Shown: positions 1 through 8,040, numbered from the stretch's first letter. The stretch: DNA of 16,496 nucleotides from an uncultured archaeon (GCA_964587725.1 CAZPLO010000016.1:1-16496); one strand, 5' to 3'. Made by a program: numbers and translations. Notes: generated by a model not told the origin, from the letters alone.

Positions 1-1959
1 GTTCACGTTTTCCGCTGTTATGGTGATGTTTCCGCCGGTGATGTTTCCCAAGACGGTGAGGTTTCCGCTCAAGTTCAGCCACAGTGAGGCTCCGTGGTTG
101 TCTATGAATGAGGTGTTCATTATGGCGCCGGCGGACTGTATTACGAGGTTGTTCATCGACAGCACCTCGCCGTCGGTGAAGTTGTGTATGTGGCTGAGGA
201 AGCAGGTGCTCGTATAGGTGCCGGTGTCGCAGATGCCTTCAGGGGGTTCTTCAGAGAACGGCTCTAATGTGATGTTGTTCTCTAGTATCGGCGTGTAGAA
301 CTGGTTGTCTCCGGCTGTGAACTCGGTGTCCAAGAATACGTAGTCTGCTTCGTCTGAGATGTTGAATTGGTTCACTCCGTCCGTCAGGTTCATGTAGTCT
401 GTGTAGTATATGTGGTTGTGTTCGCCGCTTTCGTTCCTGTAGATTGCCGTTATCTCATCTATCGTCAAAAACCTGTTGTAGACTCTGACGTTGTCTATTG
501 AGCCGTTGAAGTTCTGGGTGGTCTGCTCGTACGCGCCTACCTCAAAGTAGTCTTCAAAAGGACCTTCCGAACCGGTTTCATTGGTTGAGTCGACTGCAAC
601 ACCGTCAACGTAGATGGTCTGGTTTGTCTGGTCGACGTTGGTCATCACGAAATGGTGCCATTCATATGCGTTCCTCGGGTTGCCTGCGTTCGTCTCCTGC
701 AGTATGGTGTCTCCCATGTCCCTCCAAAACACCCTGAACCCCTCCCCCGCCCCTAAACCCGTGCTGTAGTCTCCGTAGGGGTAGAGGTTGAGGTCGTCTG
801 TCCCTGAAAAACTCAACCCCACATGGTTTATCAGGTAGCCGTTGTTGCTTCCGTACTGGCTTTTAGCCCAGAAACAGATGGTGAAATTGCCTGTTGGAAC
901 AGTCTTCAAACCGGCGTCGTCCACCTGTATGTAGTCTCCGTTACCGTCGAAAACATACGCTCCCGTGTCGTTCAATCCGCCGGTGGAATTCCACCCGCTC
1001 ACGGCTCCGCCGGTGAACGATTCACTCCCGTCCCTGTCGTACCCGCTTATGTCCCACGCCCGCCCCCATTCAAACGGCATGTAGAGGACCAGGCCGTCGT
1101 TGACGGAGTCGTTTATCTGCCCAATCCTACCGCGTATGCTGCTTCCCAGCAGGTTTTCCATGTCTACCGTGGCGTTGACCCTGTTATGTCCGTCTGATAT
1201 GTTATCGGGTTTGTAGGTCCTGTTCCCAGAATCCACGAACCTTAACGACTGGTTTTCGTATATGGCCTGTAGTTCGGCGGGTGTTAGGGCGTTGTTGAAG
1301 AACATGAACTCGTCTACTGTCCCGTTGACGGAGTCGATGTCGGTCCTCCCTATCAGCAGTGCGCTGGAGCCGTCGGTGACCGTTCCGCTGGTCGGCTCGG
1401 AGGCTACTATACTCCCGTTTTTTATGATGCCAATGTGTGTTCCATTGTATACGCACCCTATCTGCTGCCATACGCCCACGTCTATCAGCCCGTTCGACAC
1501 GCTGACGGTTGGAGTGCTCAACCCGTTAAAGTTGCAGCTAAATCCGTTGGTGTTTATGACGGTTGCCTCCAACCCTCCGGTGCCACAGTCGAAGAACCTG
1601 TCCCCCTGTATCACTCCGGTGGTCGTGTTAACCCATATTAAAGCCGTGGAGAGGTTGAATTGGTCGTCGTATCCCGTGTCTATGGTGGAGCCGCCGCCTC
1701 TCCCGTCAAACAGGCAGCCGCCTGAATAGAGTCCCTGGATGGTGTACTCCACTCCGTCGGAGAATGTGCCGTCGTATTGGTGGCTAGAGTAGTCGTGGGT
1801 GTTCTGTGATTGGTTGTAGTCGAAGCTGTAGTATACTATGAGGCTGTCGTAGGGTGTGGATGATGTAATATTCAGGTGGGTGAAGTTGCCTTCGTCGTTC
1901 ACAGCAGACACTGTGTGCAGGAGCAGCATCGCCGTCAGCAGGAGTAGTTTAGTTTTCAC
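1..1959 (-). CDS. Secreted/surface glycoprotein with two LamG (concanavalin-like) domains; partial, runs off the left edge (>=653 aa)
   Basis: Translated by hand; missing from the ORF track because there is no stop in the window. GTG at 1959 overlaps the upstream TGA (GTGA), with GGAGG just upstream. Signal peptide MKTKLLLLTAMLLLHTVSA. LamG motifs: LIVYYSFD...WQQIGCVYNG...NGTVDEFMFFNNALTPAELQAIY (~1258-1845) and GLVLYMPF...FDGNGDYI...FTICFW...WHHFV...IYVDG...FNGSIDNVRVYNRFLTIDEITAIY (~439-1095). About 29 N-x-S/T sequons by hand count. Confidence 0.9.
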   Translation of the reverse strand, partial: MKTKLLLLTAMLLLHTVSAVNDEGNFTHLNITSSTPYDSLIVYYSFDYNQSQNTHDYSSHQYDGTFSDGVEYTIQGLYSGGCLFDGRGGGSTIDTGYDDQFNLSTALIWVNTTTGVIQGDRFFDCGTGGLEATVINTNGFSCNFNGLSTPTVSVSNGLIDVGVWQQIGCVYNGTHIGIIKNGSIVASEPTSGTVTDGSSALLIGRTDIDSVNGTVDEFMFFNNALTPAELQAIYENQSLRFVDSGNRTYKPDNISDGHNRVNATVDMENLLGSSIRGRIGQINDSVNDGLVLYMPFEWGRAWDISGYDRDGSESFTGGAVSGWNSTGGLNDTGAYVFDGNGDYIQVDDAGLKTVPTGNFTICFWAKSQYGSNNGYLINHVGLSFSGTDDLNLYPYGDYSTGLGAGEGFRVFWRDMGDTILQETNAGNPRNAYEWHHFVMTNVDQTNQTIYVDGVAVDSTNETGSEGPFEDYFEVGAYEQTTQNFNGSIDNVRVYNRFLTIDEITAIYRNESGEHNHIYYTDYMNLTDGVNQFNISDEADYVFLDTEFTAGDNQFYTPILENNITLEPFSEEPPEGICDTGTYTSTCFLSHIHNFTDGEVLSMNNLVIQSAGAIMNTSFIDNHGASLWLNLSGNLTVLGNITGGNITITAENVN

Positions 1960-2222
1960 GCTGTCCCTCCGCTGAATAGTTTGACCAGCTCCTCGCCTGC
2001 GTCGGTGAGCCGGTAGCCCTTGTGTGTTCGACCGTTCTCTCTTATGATGCAGGCTTCTATGACGCCTGCGTCGTGCAGGCTCTTCAGTCTACTGTATGCT
2101 GTGGGTTCCGATACGCCGGAGGATTTCGTTAGTTCGCTGGGTCGGCGACGCCCACTTCTAAGCTGTTCGAGAATTTCAGCTGAACCCTTGGCGCCGACGG
2201 CCGCCAATACCTCCGAAAACAT
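1956..2222 (-). CDS. Winged helix-turn-helix transcriptional regulator (HxlR/ArsR-like), 88 aa
   Basis: ILEQLRSGRRRPSELTKSSGVSEPTAYSRLKSLHDAGVI HTH followed by the wing signature YRLTDAG. Confidence 0.85.
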   Translation of the reverse strand: MFSEVLAAVGAKGSAEILEQLRSGRRRPSELTKSSGVSEPTAYSRLKSLHDAGVIEACIIRENGRTHKGYRLTDAGEELVKLFSGGTA

Positions 2223-2250
2223 TATAGCCGCACCATACAGCCACCGACCC

Positions 2251-2460
2251 TTCTATTAAATATTATATAGTATACTTAAATGCTTCGATTTTAATAAAAA
2301 ATATCCTATCTGTTGTAATAAAAATTTATTATTATAATTAATTATTTATCTTACTATATAAATCCTTATTCTTATTAAATATTCTTTAGTTTAAACTGTT
2401 TTGAATTTTGTTTAAACAGTTTTGAAAAACCTTTAAACAGTTGATATTTCTTATAGTCCG
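2251..2460. promoter_or_regulatory. AT-rich divergent regulatory region with TATA-like elements for both flanking transcription units
   Basis: Very AT-rich compared with the GC-rich flanking genes. Minus-strand TATATAA (2269-2263) and TTTAATA (2260-2254). Plus-strand BRE-like GAAAAAC followed by CTTTAAA (2424-2437). Confidence 0.6.
2389..2447. repeat. Three imperfect direct repeats with 21-bp period
   Basis: GTTTAAACTGTTTTGAA (2389), GTTTAAACAGTTTTGAA (2410), CTTTAAACAGTTGATAT (2431). Confidence 0.8.
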
Positions 2461-2474
2461 CTGAATAACATATC

Positions 2475-3329
2475 ATGGTCTTGGAGAGCATCGTTGTTCC
2501 AGACAAGTGGGAGCAACACCCTATACGGATGCTCTTCGTGGGGTTCGCGTACTCCACCATCGGCTTGTTCCTGGGCCTGTACGTGTTCGGGAAGTACGCG
2601 AGCATAGCCGGCATATTCCTCACCACCATACCCCTCGTTGTCGTCATGTACAGGGCCATCCAGTGCGAGGAAGAAAAAGACTGCAGAATATGCGGGGAAA
2701 GCAAGCTGATGAAGGAGCACATGCACATACTGTGGTTCTTCCTCTACCTGTTCGTGGGTATGGCGCTGTCCTACAGCTTCTGGTTCACCTTCCTGCCGGA
2801 AGCCACGGTCAACAAAGCCTGCAGCAGCCAGATGGAGACCATAAACGCGTTGTCGGCGAGAATAAACCCCACCGGCTCGGCGGTGTCGAGGGAAGGCAAG
2901 CTCATCCTCATAATCCAGAACAACGTCCGCGTCCTAGCATTCTGCATACTCTTCAGCTTCCTCTACGGGGCGGGCGCCATATTCATACTCGCGTGGAACG
3001 CGTCAGTGATAGGCGTCGCCATAGGCAACGTCACCCGCACAGCCATGCAGACGCTCGCCGAACTCGGCCACAGCAACGCCCTCGTCAACTACTTCACCGC
3101 CCTCCCAGTCGGACTCACATACCTGGTCCACGGGCTGCCAGAGGTGGCGAGCTACTTCCTCGGCGCCCTCGCAGGCGGCATAATATCGGTGGCGGTGGTC
3201 TGCCACCACTACCGCAGCAGAAGCTTCTGGCGGGTGGTGTTGGACTCCATAGACCTGGTGTTCCTGTCACTGTTCGTGCTGTTCCTGGCGGCGTTCGTCG
3301 AGGTTTATATAACACCAATACTATTATAA
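2475..3329 (+). CDS. SpoIIM-like / DUF95 family integral membrane protein
   Basis: Multiple TM helices; family-type motifs IIQNNVRVL, ILAWNASVIG, HGLPEVASYFLGALAGG and the C-terminal LAAFVEVYITP. Confidence 0.85.
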   Translation: MVLESIVVPDKWEQHPIRMLFVGFAYSTIGLFLGLYVFGKYASIAGIFLTTIPLVVVMYRAIQCEEEKDCRICGESKLMKEHMHILWFFLYLFVGMALSYSFWFTFLPEATVNKACSSQMETINALSARINPTGSAVSREGKLILIIQNNVRVLAFCILFSFLYGAGAIFILAWNASVIGVAIGNVTRTAMQTLAELGHSNALVNYFTALPVGLTYLVHGLPEVASYFLGALAGGIISVAVVCHHYRSRSFWRVVLDSIDLVFLSLFVLFLAAFVEVYITPILL

Positions 3330-3351
3330 AAACAGCCTGGGGTGTCTAAAA

Positions 3352-4305
3352 ATGGATTTCAAGCGGCCTCTGACCATGTCCCTGCTCCTACTCCTACTCT
3401 CAACCGCCTCCGCCCAGCTGACCGACGTGGAGGTTAAGATAGTCAACGCCAAACCCTCGACCCACAGCCTCCACGCGACCTCCGTTGTGAAGTCAGATTC
3501 CTCGAACGTGGTGTGGTGTGTGGGGGTGGTGGAGGACCGTAACAGCTACGTGGATCTGAGGTCTAAGAAGGCCTTCATAGGGATGCGGTCGAACGGCGGA
3601 TACATACAGCAGAGGGACAGTAGCTTCCTGGTCGCGGAACAGGAGTCTGTTACCTCCGGTTCCATCTTAGCAGGATTCTACCTGGGCAGAAACACCCCAT
3701 ACGGCGTCTGGTCGTGCGTCATAGAATGCACGGACAACGCGGAAGACAAGGCCGTCAACTCAACCACGTTCGTCGTAGCCCCCTCTCACTGCGGCAACAA
3801 CGCATTGGACGAGAACGAGGAAGCTGTGGACTGCGGCGGCCCCTGCCTGCCGTGCAGCTGCGGCAACGGAGTCCTCGACGAAGGTGAAGAGGACGTGGAC
3901 TGCGGCGGCCCCTGCATCATGTGCACATCAGGTTCTCTGACGTTGTCTGCGCCGTCTGAAATCGTCAAAGACGGTGCATTGGAAGTGAGGGTGACTGCGG
4001 GCGGCGAAGGGGTTAAATCCCTGGTCAGGGTGACCAAGCCGGGTGGGGAAACCATGGTGTCCTCCACAGACGACGCCGGCCGTCTGACCCTGGAGGCTGA
4101 CACGGCAGGCGAATGGTTTTTGCAGGCGGACCTCTACGGATACGAGCCGGCTGAGGCCGCGGTGGGGGTGAAGGTGGACTACACACCCTACCTGATAGCC
4201 GTGGCTGCTATTGCTTTGCTGGCGGCGGCCATCTACCTGTACCGGAAGAAGCTGCGGATGAAGGACAAGCCCACCCGGAAATGGGATGGGCCTAGTTCTG
4301 TTTAA
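3352..4305 (+). CDS. Secreted, C-terminally membrane-anchored protein with two Cys-rich DCGG repeats between beta-rich (Ig-like) regions
   Basis: Signal peptide (LLLLLLSTASA); CGNNALDENEEAVDCGGPCLPC and CGNGVLDEGEEDVDCGGPCIMC; C-terminal TM (YLIAVAAIALLAAAIYLY) plus basic tail RKK; GGGGTG SD-like site at 3339-3344, so probably co-transcribed with the DUF95 gene. Confidence 0.85.
   Translation: MDFKRPLTMSLLLLLLSTASAQLTDVEVKIVNAKPSTHSLHATSVVKSDSSNVVWCVGVVEDRNSYVDLRSKKAFIGMRSNGGYIQQRDSSFLVAEQESVTSGSILAGFYLGRNTPYGVWSCVIECTDNAEDKAVNSTTFVVAPSHCGNNALDENEEAVDCGGPCLPCSCGNGVLDEGEEDVDCGGPCIMCTSGSLTLSAPSEIVKDGALEVRVTAGGEGVKSLVRVTKPGGETMVSSTDDAGRLTLEADTAGEWFLQADLYGYEPAEAAVGVKVDYTPYLIAVAAIALLAAAIYLYRKKLRMKDKPTRKWDGPSSV
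3790..3927 (+). repeat. Intragenic tandem duplication, 2 x 69 bp (23 aa Cys-rich unit)
   Basis: Identical 21-mer GTGGACTGCGGCGGCCCCTGC at 3826 and 3895; TGCGGCAAC at 3790 and 3859. Confidence 0.85.
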
Positions 4306-5755
4306 GCCAGTCCAAATCGCTCAAGTAGAGTTCGCGTATGTCGTTCAACCCTAGCTTCAACGTTACGATGCGGTCTAACCCTAGGCCCCACGCCAGCACC
4401 GGCACGTCCCTGCCGAGGAGGGGTTTCACGACTTCGGGGCGGAATATGCCAGCGCCGCCGAGCTCAATCCACTCCCCCCGCTCCTCAAAATACACTTCGG
4501 GTTCGACGCTCATCTCCGTGTAGGGGAAGTAGCCGGGGCGGAACCGTATTTTGTCGAATCCCATCTCATTGTAGAATTGTTTCAGTATGCCAAGGAGGTT
4601 CCGGAAGTTCACGGACGGGTCGACGACGATGCCTTCGACCTGGTAGAACTCCGGCAGGTGCTTGTAGTCGACTGCCTCGTTCCGGAACACCTTCCCTATG
4701 CAGAACACCTTCACCGGCAACTCCATCCCCCGTATCCTGTACAGGTGGCGGGCTGTTACTGCGGTTGTGTGGGTGCGGAGAAGAGTCCGCCGGGAGGTTT
4801 CCTCATCCCAATTGTAGCCCCACCCCGTGCTGCCGGTTGTGCCGCCGTTTTCATGGGTTTCCCCCACTTCGCCTTTAAGCTCGTCGAATCCTTCGATATC
4901 CACCCTGTCGGGGTTTTTCAGGTAGAATGTGTCGTGCATGTCCCTGGCTGGGTGGTCCTGCGGCTGGAACAGCGCGTCGAAGTTCCAGAAGGCGGATTCA
5001 ACCAGCGGCCCGGTGATCTCCTCGAACCCCATGGACGTGAAAATACGCCTCACCCGGTTTATCTCACGCCGCAGCGGATGCTTCCTCACCGGAGGCTGCG
5101 GCCTCACATACACGGAGGTGTCGTAGGGGCGGAACCCTCTCTTCCACTCGCCTTTCACAATAATCTCCGGAGTCAGCTGCGAAATCCTGTCGTCTTCCTC
5201 CACTTCGCCGGCAACCTTCAGGCCCCTGTTGGTCGGCTTCAACAGTATCTCCTTAACCTCCGATGTTTCCACAACGTTCTGCCTGCCCTTCAGCAGCTCC
5301 AGCGCCCCCAACTCCCCCTCACTTAAGTCGCCGGTGTTGACTCCGTCTTTTATCCTCTCCAGAAGCAGCTCGTCGCCGGTCTTTTTTTTGTCGACGGCCT
5401 TGACGACACCGTCCTCCACGTTAACCTGTTTCTTCCTCCGCAGCCACCCGAACCCTATGGCGAACGCCTTCTTGTCGGCCTTCTTCTTCAGCTCCGACAT
5501 AGGCATTCCGTCGCCTATCACCTCAAGAAGCTGTCGTTCCGGCAGCCCCTCCTCCACGTACTCCATGCCTTCACCCCCCAGTCGCACGTCCTCGGTGACT
5601 TTCTCGGACACGTCCACCAGTTCCTTGGTCTTCAGCCATGAGGTGGCGCGCAGCACCGCGTCGACGGGGAGGCCCGTGGCTTCCGCAACCTTCCCTGGAG
5701 TGGACTCCCTCTTCAACGCCTTCAGCACCTTCACTTCATGGGGGTGGTAGTCCAT
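4292..5755 (-). CDS. pheS: Phenylalanine--tRNA ligase alpha subunit (archaeal/eukaryote-type with N-terminal extension)
   Basis: FWNFDALFQPQDHPARDMHDTFY, LLRTHTT, FRNEAVDYKHLPEFYQVEG, YFPYTE, AWGLGLDR. Start placed at ATG 5755 (MDYHPHE) because TTATATA lies 26 bp upstream; ATGs at 5761 and 5764 are alternatives. Confidence 0.97.
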   Translation of the reverse strand: MDYHPHEVKVLKALKRESTPGKVAEATGLPVDAVLRATSWLKTKELVDVSEKVTEDVRLGGEGMEYVEEGLPERQLLEVIGDGMPMSELKKKADKKAFAIGFGWLRRKKQVNVEDGVVKAVDKKKTGDELLLERIKDGVNTGDLSEGELGALELLKGRQNVVETSEVKEILLKPTNRGLKVAGEVEEDDRISQLTPEIIVKGEWKRGFRPYDTSVYVRPQPPVRKHPLRREINRVRRIFTSMGFEEITGPLVESAFWNFDALFQPQDHPARDMHDTFYLKNPDRVDIEGFDELKGEVGETHENGGTTGSTGWGYNWDEETSRRTLLRTHTTAVTARHLYRIRGMELPVKVFCIGKVFRNEAVDYKHLPEFYQVEGIVVDPSVNFRNLLGILKQFYNEMGFDKIRFRPGYFPYTEMSVEPEVYFEERGEWIELGGAGIFRPEVVKPLLGRDVPVLAWGLGLDRIVTLKLGLNDIRELYLSDLDWLKQN

Positions 5756-5780
5756 AACCATCATATATTCGGGGACATCC

Positions 5781-5788
5781 TATATAAT
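5781..5788. promoter_or_regulatory. TATA box in the short pheS / hypothetical-gene divergent spacer
   Basis: TATATAAT; on the minus strand it sits 26 bp from the pheS ATG at 5755. Confidence 0.55.
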
Positions 5789-5795
5789 ATGTAAC

Positions 5796-6587
5796 ATGGG
5801 CTCCGCCACCAGGCCGCGTGAAATGCAGCCGGAAATCGACGTGCGGCTTTACGGGCCGTTCGAACACCGTCTCTCCGAAGGCACGCTGTTGGAGAAGCTG
5901 GAGCGGTTCAAGGGCTCGGCCGACGGCTTCCGGATGGAGTGGCGGCGCGGCGGAGACTATGTGGAAACGGTGTTGCGGGCCCACGAAATCAAACTCCCGC
6001 TGGAGGGGGATTCGTTTGCCGGCGGAGTCCATGAAGTCCTGGTGTTCCCCCACCCGGAGGAGCGGCTGCGCTTCGGAGCCGAGTTTCAAAAAGAGGAGGG
6101 GCTACCCAAACATACTCCGGAGTCCATGTACAAGGGCGGCGAACTGGCCCCCCTGGATGATGTGAAGCCGGGGCATGGGGTTAACTTCCCGCCGGGGGCG
6201 CTGGCTAAAATAGACGTCCTACCCTGTGTGTTCGAGGACGGGCCCGCGCTGCTGATACAGTATCCTCAGGTGTCAAACAGCTACTGGAAACTGAGCAACC
6301 AGATGAGAAGACGGTATAAGAGATGGCAGACGCAGCTTCTGTCCACGGTGGAGACCATAGCCCGCTTCACGGGGTTCAAGGCGGTGGTGGCGATGAGCGA
6401 CCAGCAGATACGCGAAGACAACGCATACGCCGGGGGTTTCATATCAGACGACATCGTCCGGCAGAACTTCACAGCACCCTATGAAAGGACAGGATACGGT
6501 AAAGAGGATGTTATGTTGAGAATCCCATCCTGTGAAGGTGACAGGATTCTTGAAGGCAGCTACTGGGTTAAACGCCTTCACACGTAG
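5796..6587 (+). CDS. Hypothetical protein; C-terminal half possibly GNAT/VirK-like fold
   Basis: 263-aa ORF that fills the gap between pheS and the ATPase, with globular composition; alternative start ATG 5823. Fold guess from the pattern ALAKIDV...LLIQYPQ...W.TQLLSTVETIARFTGFKAV...YERTGY...YWVKRL. Confidence 0.75.
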   Translation: MGSATRPREMQPEIDVRLYGPFEHRLSEGTLLEKLERFKGSADGFRMEWRRGGDYVETVLRAHEIKLPLEGDSFAGGVHEVLVFPHPEERLRFGAEFQKEEGLPKHTPESMYKGGELAPLDDVKPGHGVNFPPGALAKIDVLPCVFEDGPALLIQYPQVSNSYWKLSNQMRRRYKRWQTQLLSTVETIARFTGFKAVVAMSDQQIREDNAYAGGFISDDIVRQNFTAPYERTGYGKEDVMLRIPSCEGDRILEGSYWVKRLHT

Positions 6588-8017
6588 TCGAATCCTCCGG
6601 ATTTCACATTCTTCTTCCGTTCGAACCGGAGCTTGCTCTCCCGCTTCACGGGCACGTCTATTTCGTCGACCGTGCACAGCAGGAAGGGGAGCTTCACCAT
6701 CGCTCCCGTGATGATGCATTCCCCCACCGCCAGGCTGTCGAGTTCGCTGATGATTTCATCGTTTATGCTCTCGAAACTCCGGCGGATGTGGTCTTTGTCG
6801 CGGGGGTTGGTGATGTGCATGTACACTCCCGTGTTACACTGCGACAGTATCTCCTCGTCTATCTTGCTCGGCTTCTGGCTGACAACCAGCAGCCCGACGC
6901 CGAACTTCCGGCCCTCCGATGCGATGCGTTGGAGCTGGCGTTTGCAGCTGTGCCCGAGGCTGCTGCCCGCATAGTTATGGGCTTCCTCAACAACCAGCAA
7001 CACCTCATAGTCTATGGATTTCCCGTCGAGGGAGTGTTTCTTGTTTATGCGGCCGTCCAGCAGCTTCTTGCAGATATAGGATACGACGCTCTGACGAACA
7101 CCCTGCGTGGAAAGCGACGTGTCTATCACCGTGATACGGTACGGCTGTATCAGCCGGTTCAAGTCCGTGCCTTCGAGGTCGAAGATGTTTTTGAACACGT
7201 TCCGCAGCGACCTTATCCTGCGTTCAAGGGCTTTGGCGGTTTCCTCATGGACTTTCGCGGTCCCCTGCGCAGCCTCATCAGAGAGTTCGCCGCAGGCCTT
7301 CACCAAATCGTCTATGGTGTAGTGCTCGCCCTTCGCATTGTATACGCGGTTCAACACCATGTCCAACGCGCTCACCTGGTTCTCGTTCAGCGACGTGAAG
7401 TGGGTGAAGTCGCTGCACGTCAGCGTGGACACGGGTATGGTGAACCGCTGGAAACCCTGTCGCTCCCTCCCCACGGTGTGGACTTCAACGTCCAGCGGCG
7501 TGTCCGTCTTTATCTGGGACAGGAGCCGCTGGAACTCTCCGTGGGTGTCCACCACCAACACCGGCAGTCCTTTGAGACTGAATTCCTTGATGAGGTTGGC
7601 TGCCAGAAAACTCTTCCCCGCCCCCGTCGAAGCCAGTATTGCGGTGTGTCTGTCGTATTCGCCGCCGTCTACCAGCGCCCTCGCATTCGTCCCATGGACG
7701 ACGCCGAAGCTGATTTCATCCAGGCAGTGGAGCAGAGACTCCAACTCGTCTTTTGAGGCGGGGTAGGCTTTGCTGTGCGGTTCAACAGGCTTCTTAATCG
7801 CCCTCACACCGGAATCTGTTTTCTCGCCGAAAATCTGTATCGACGCCGTGAGCCGGTGGCGGCCGCCGATTTTGTCATCCTCCCGGTATCTCATGCCGGC
7901 GACGATGCCGTAGGCGTCGCCTATGCGGAGTATGCTCCCCACCTCAACCAACTCGGAGGTAACATGCATCTCACACCGGCTGCCCTCGCTCCCCAACACC
8001 AGCCCCACAGAATCCAT
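6578..8017 (-). CDS. HerA/FtsK-superfamily (DUF87) P-loop ATPase
   Basis: N-terminal HAS-barrel-like beta region; Walker A HTAILASTGAGKS; VVDTHGEF; Walker B LLVVEEAH; arginine-finger region EGRKFGVGLLVVSQKPSKID; SQCNT. Start at ATG 8017 (24 bp from a TATA box) is preferred over TTG 8029. Confidence 0.92.
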   Translation of the reverse strand: MDSVGLVLGSEGSRCEMHVTSELVEVGSILRIGDAYGIVAGMRYREDDKIGGRHRLTASIQIFGEKTDSGVRAIKKPVEPHSKAYPASKDELESLLHCLDEISFGVVHGTNARALVDGGEYDRHTAILASTGAGKSFLAANLIKEFSLKGLPVLVVDTHGEFQRLLSQIKTDTPLDVEVHTVGRERQGFQRFTIPVSTLTCSDFTHFTSLNENQVSALDMVLNRVYNAKGEHYTIDDLVKACGELSDEAAQGTAKVHEETAKALERRIRSLRNVFKNIFDLEGTDLNRLIQPYRITVIDTSLSTQGVRQSVVSYICKKLLDGRINKKHSLDGKSIDYEVLLVVEEAHNYAGSSLGHSCKRQLQRIASEGRKFGVGLLVVSQKPSKIDEEILSQCNTGVYMHITNPRDKDHIRRSFESINDEIISELDSLAVGECIITGAMVKLPFLLCTVDEIDVPVKRESKLRFERKKNVKSGGFDYV

Positions 8018-8040
8018 AGGGTAAAACAATATTGTAGAGA

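Noticed and set aside
20-1729. Short ORF-track entries in the first 1.7 kb
   Set aside because: Explained as shadows of the long minus-strand LamG CDS (1-1959).
2389-2447. Possible CRISPR mini-array
   Set aside because: The 21-bp period leaves only 4-bp gaps, far too short for spacers, and there are no cas genes.
2375-2728. 117-aa minus ORF running through the 21-bp repeats (QLFKGFSKLFKQNSKQFK)
   Set aside because: Mostly antisense to the DUF95 gene; the periodic peptide is a by-product of the 21-bp DNA repeat.
2507-3349. 280-aa alternative-frame ORF over the DUF95 gene
   Set aside because: Arg/His/Pro-rich shadow frame produced by GC-biased codon usage; the overlapping frame has clear family motifs.
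6788-7756. 322-aa antisense ORF, and similar ones at 4577-5326, 10835-11506 and 14792-15361, plus the same-strand alternative frame 13528-14280
   Set aside because: All lie over well-supported genes and show no motifs; expected stop-poor shadow frames.
5796-8017. Orphan plus HerA as a two-gene anti-phage defence operon
   Set aside because: The genes are convergent rather than co-transcribed, and the orphan shows no nuclease, Sir2 or NurA motifs.
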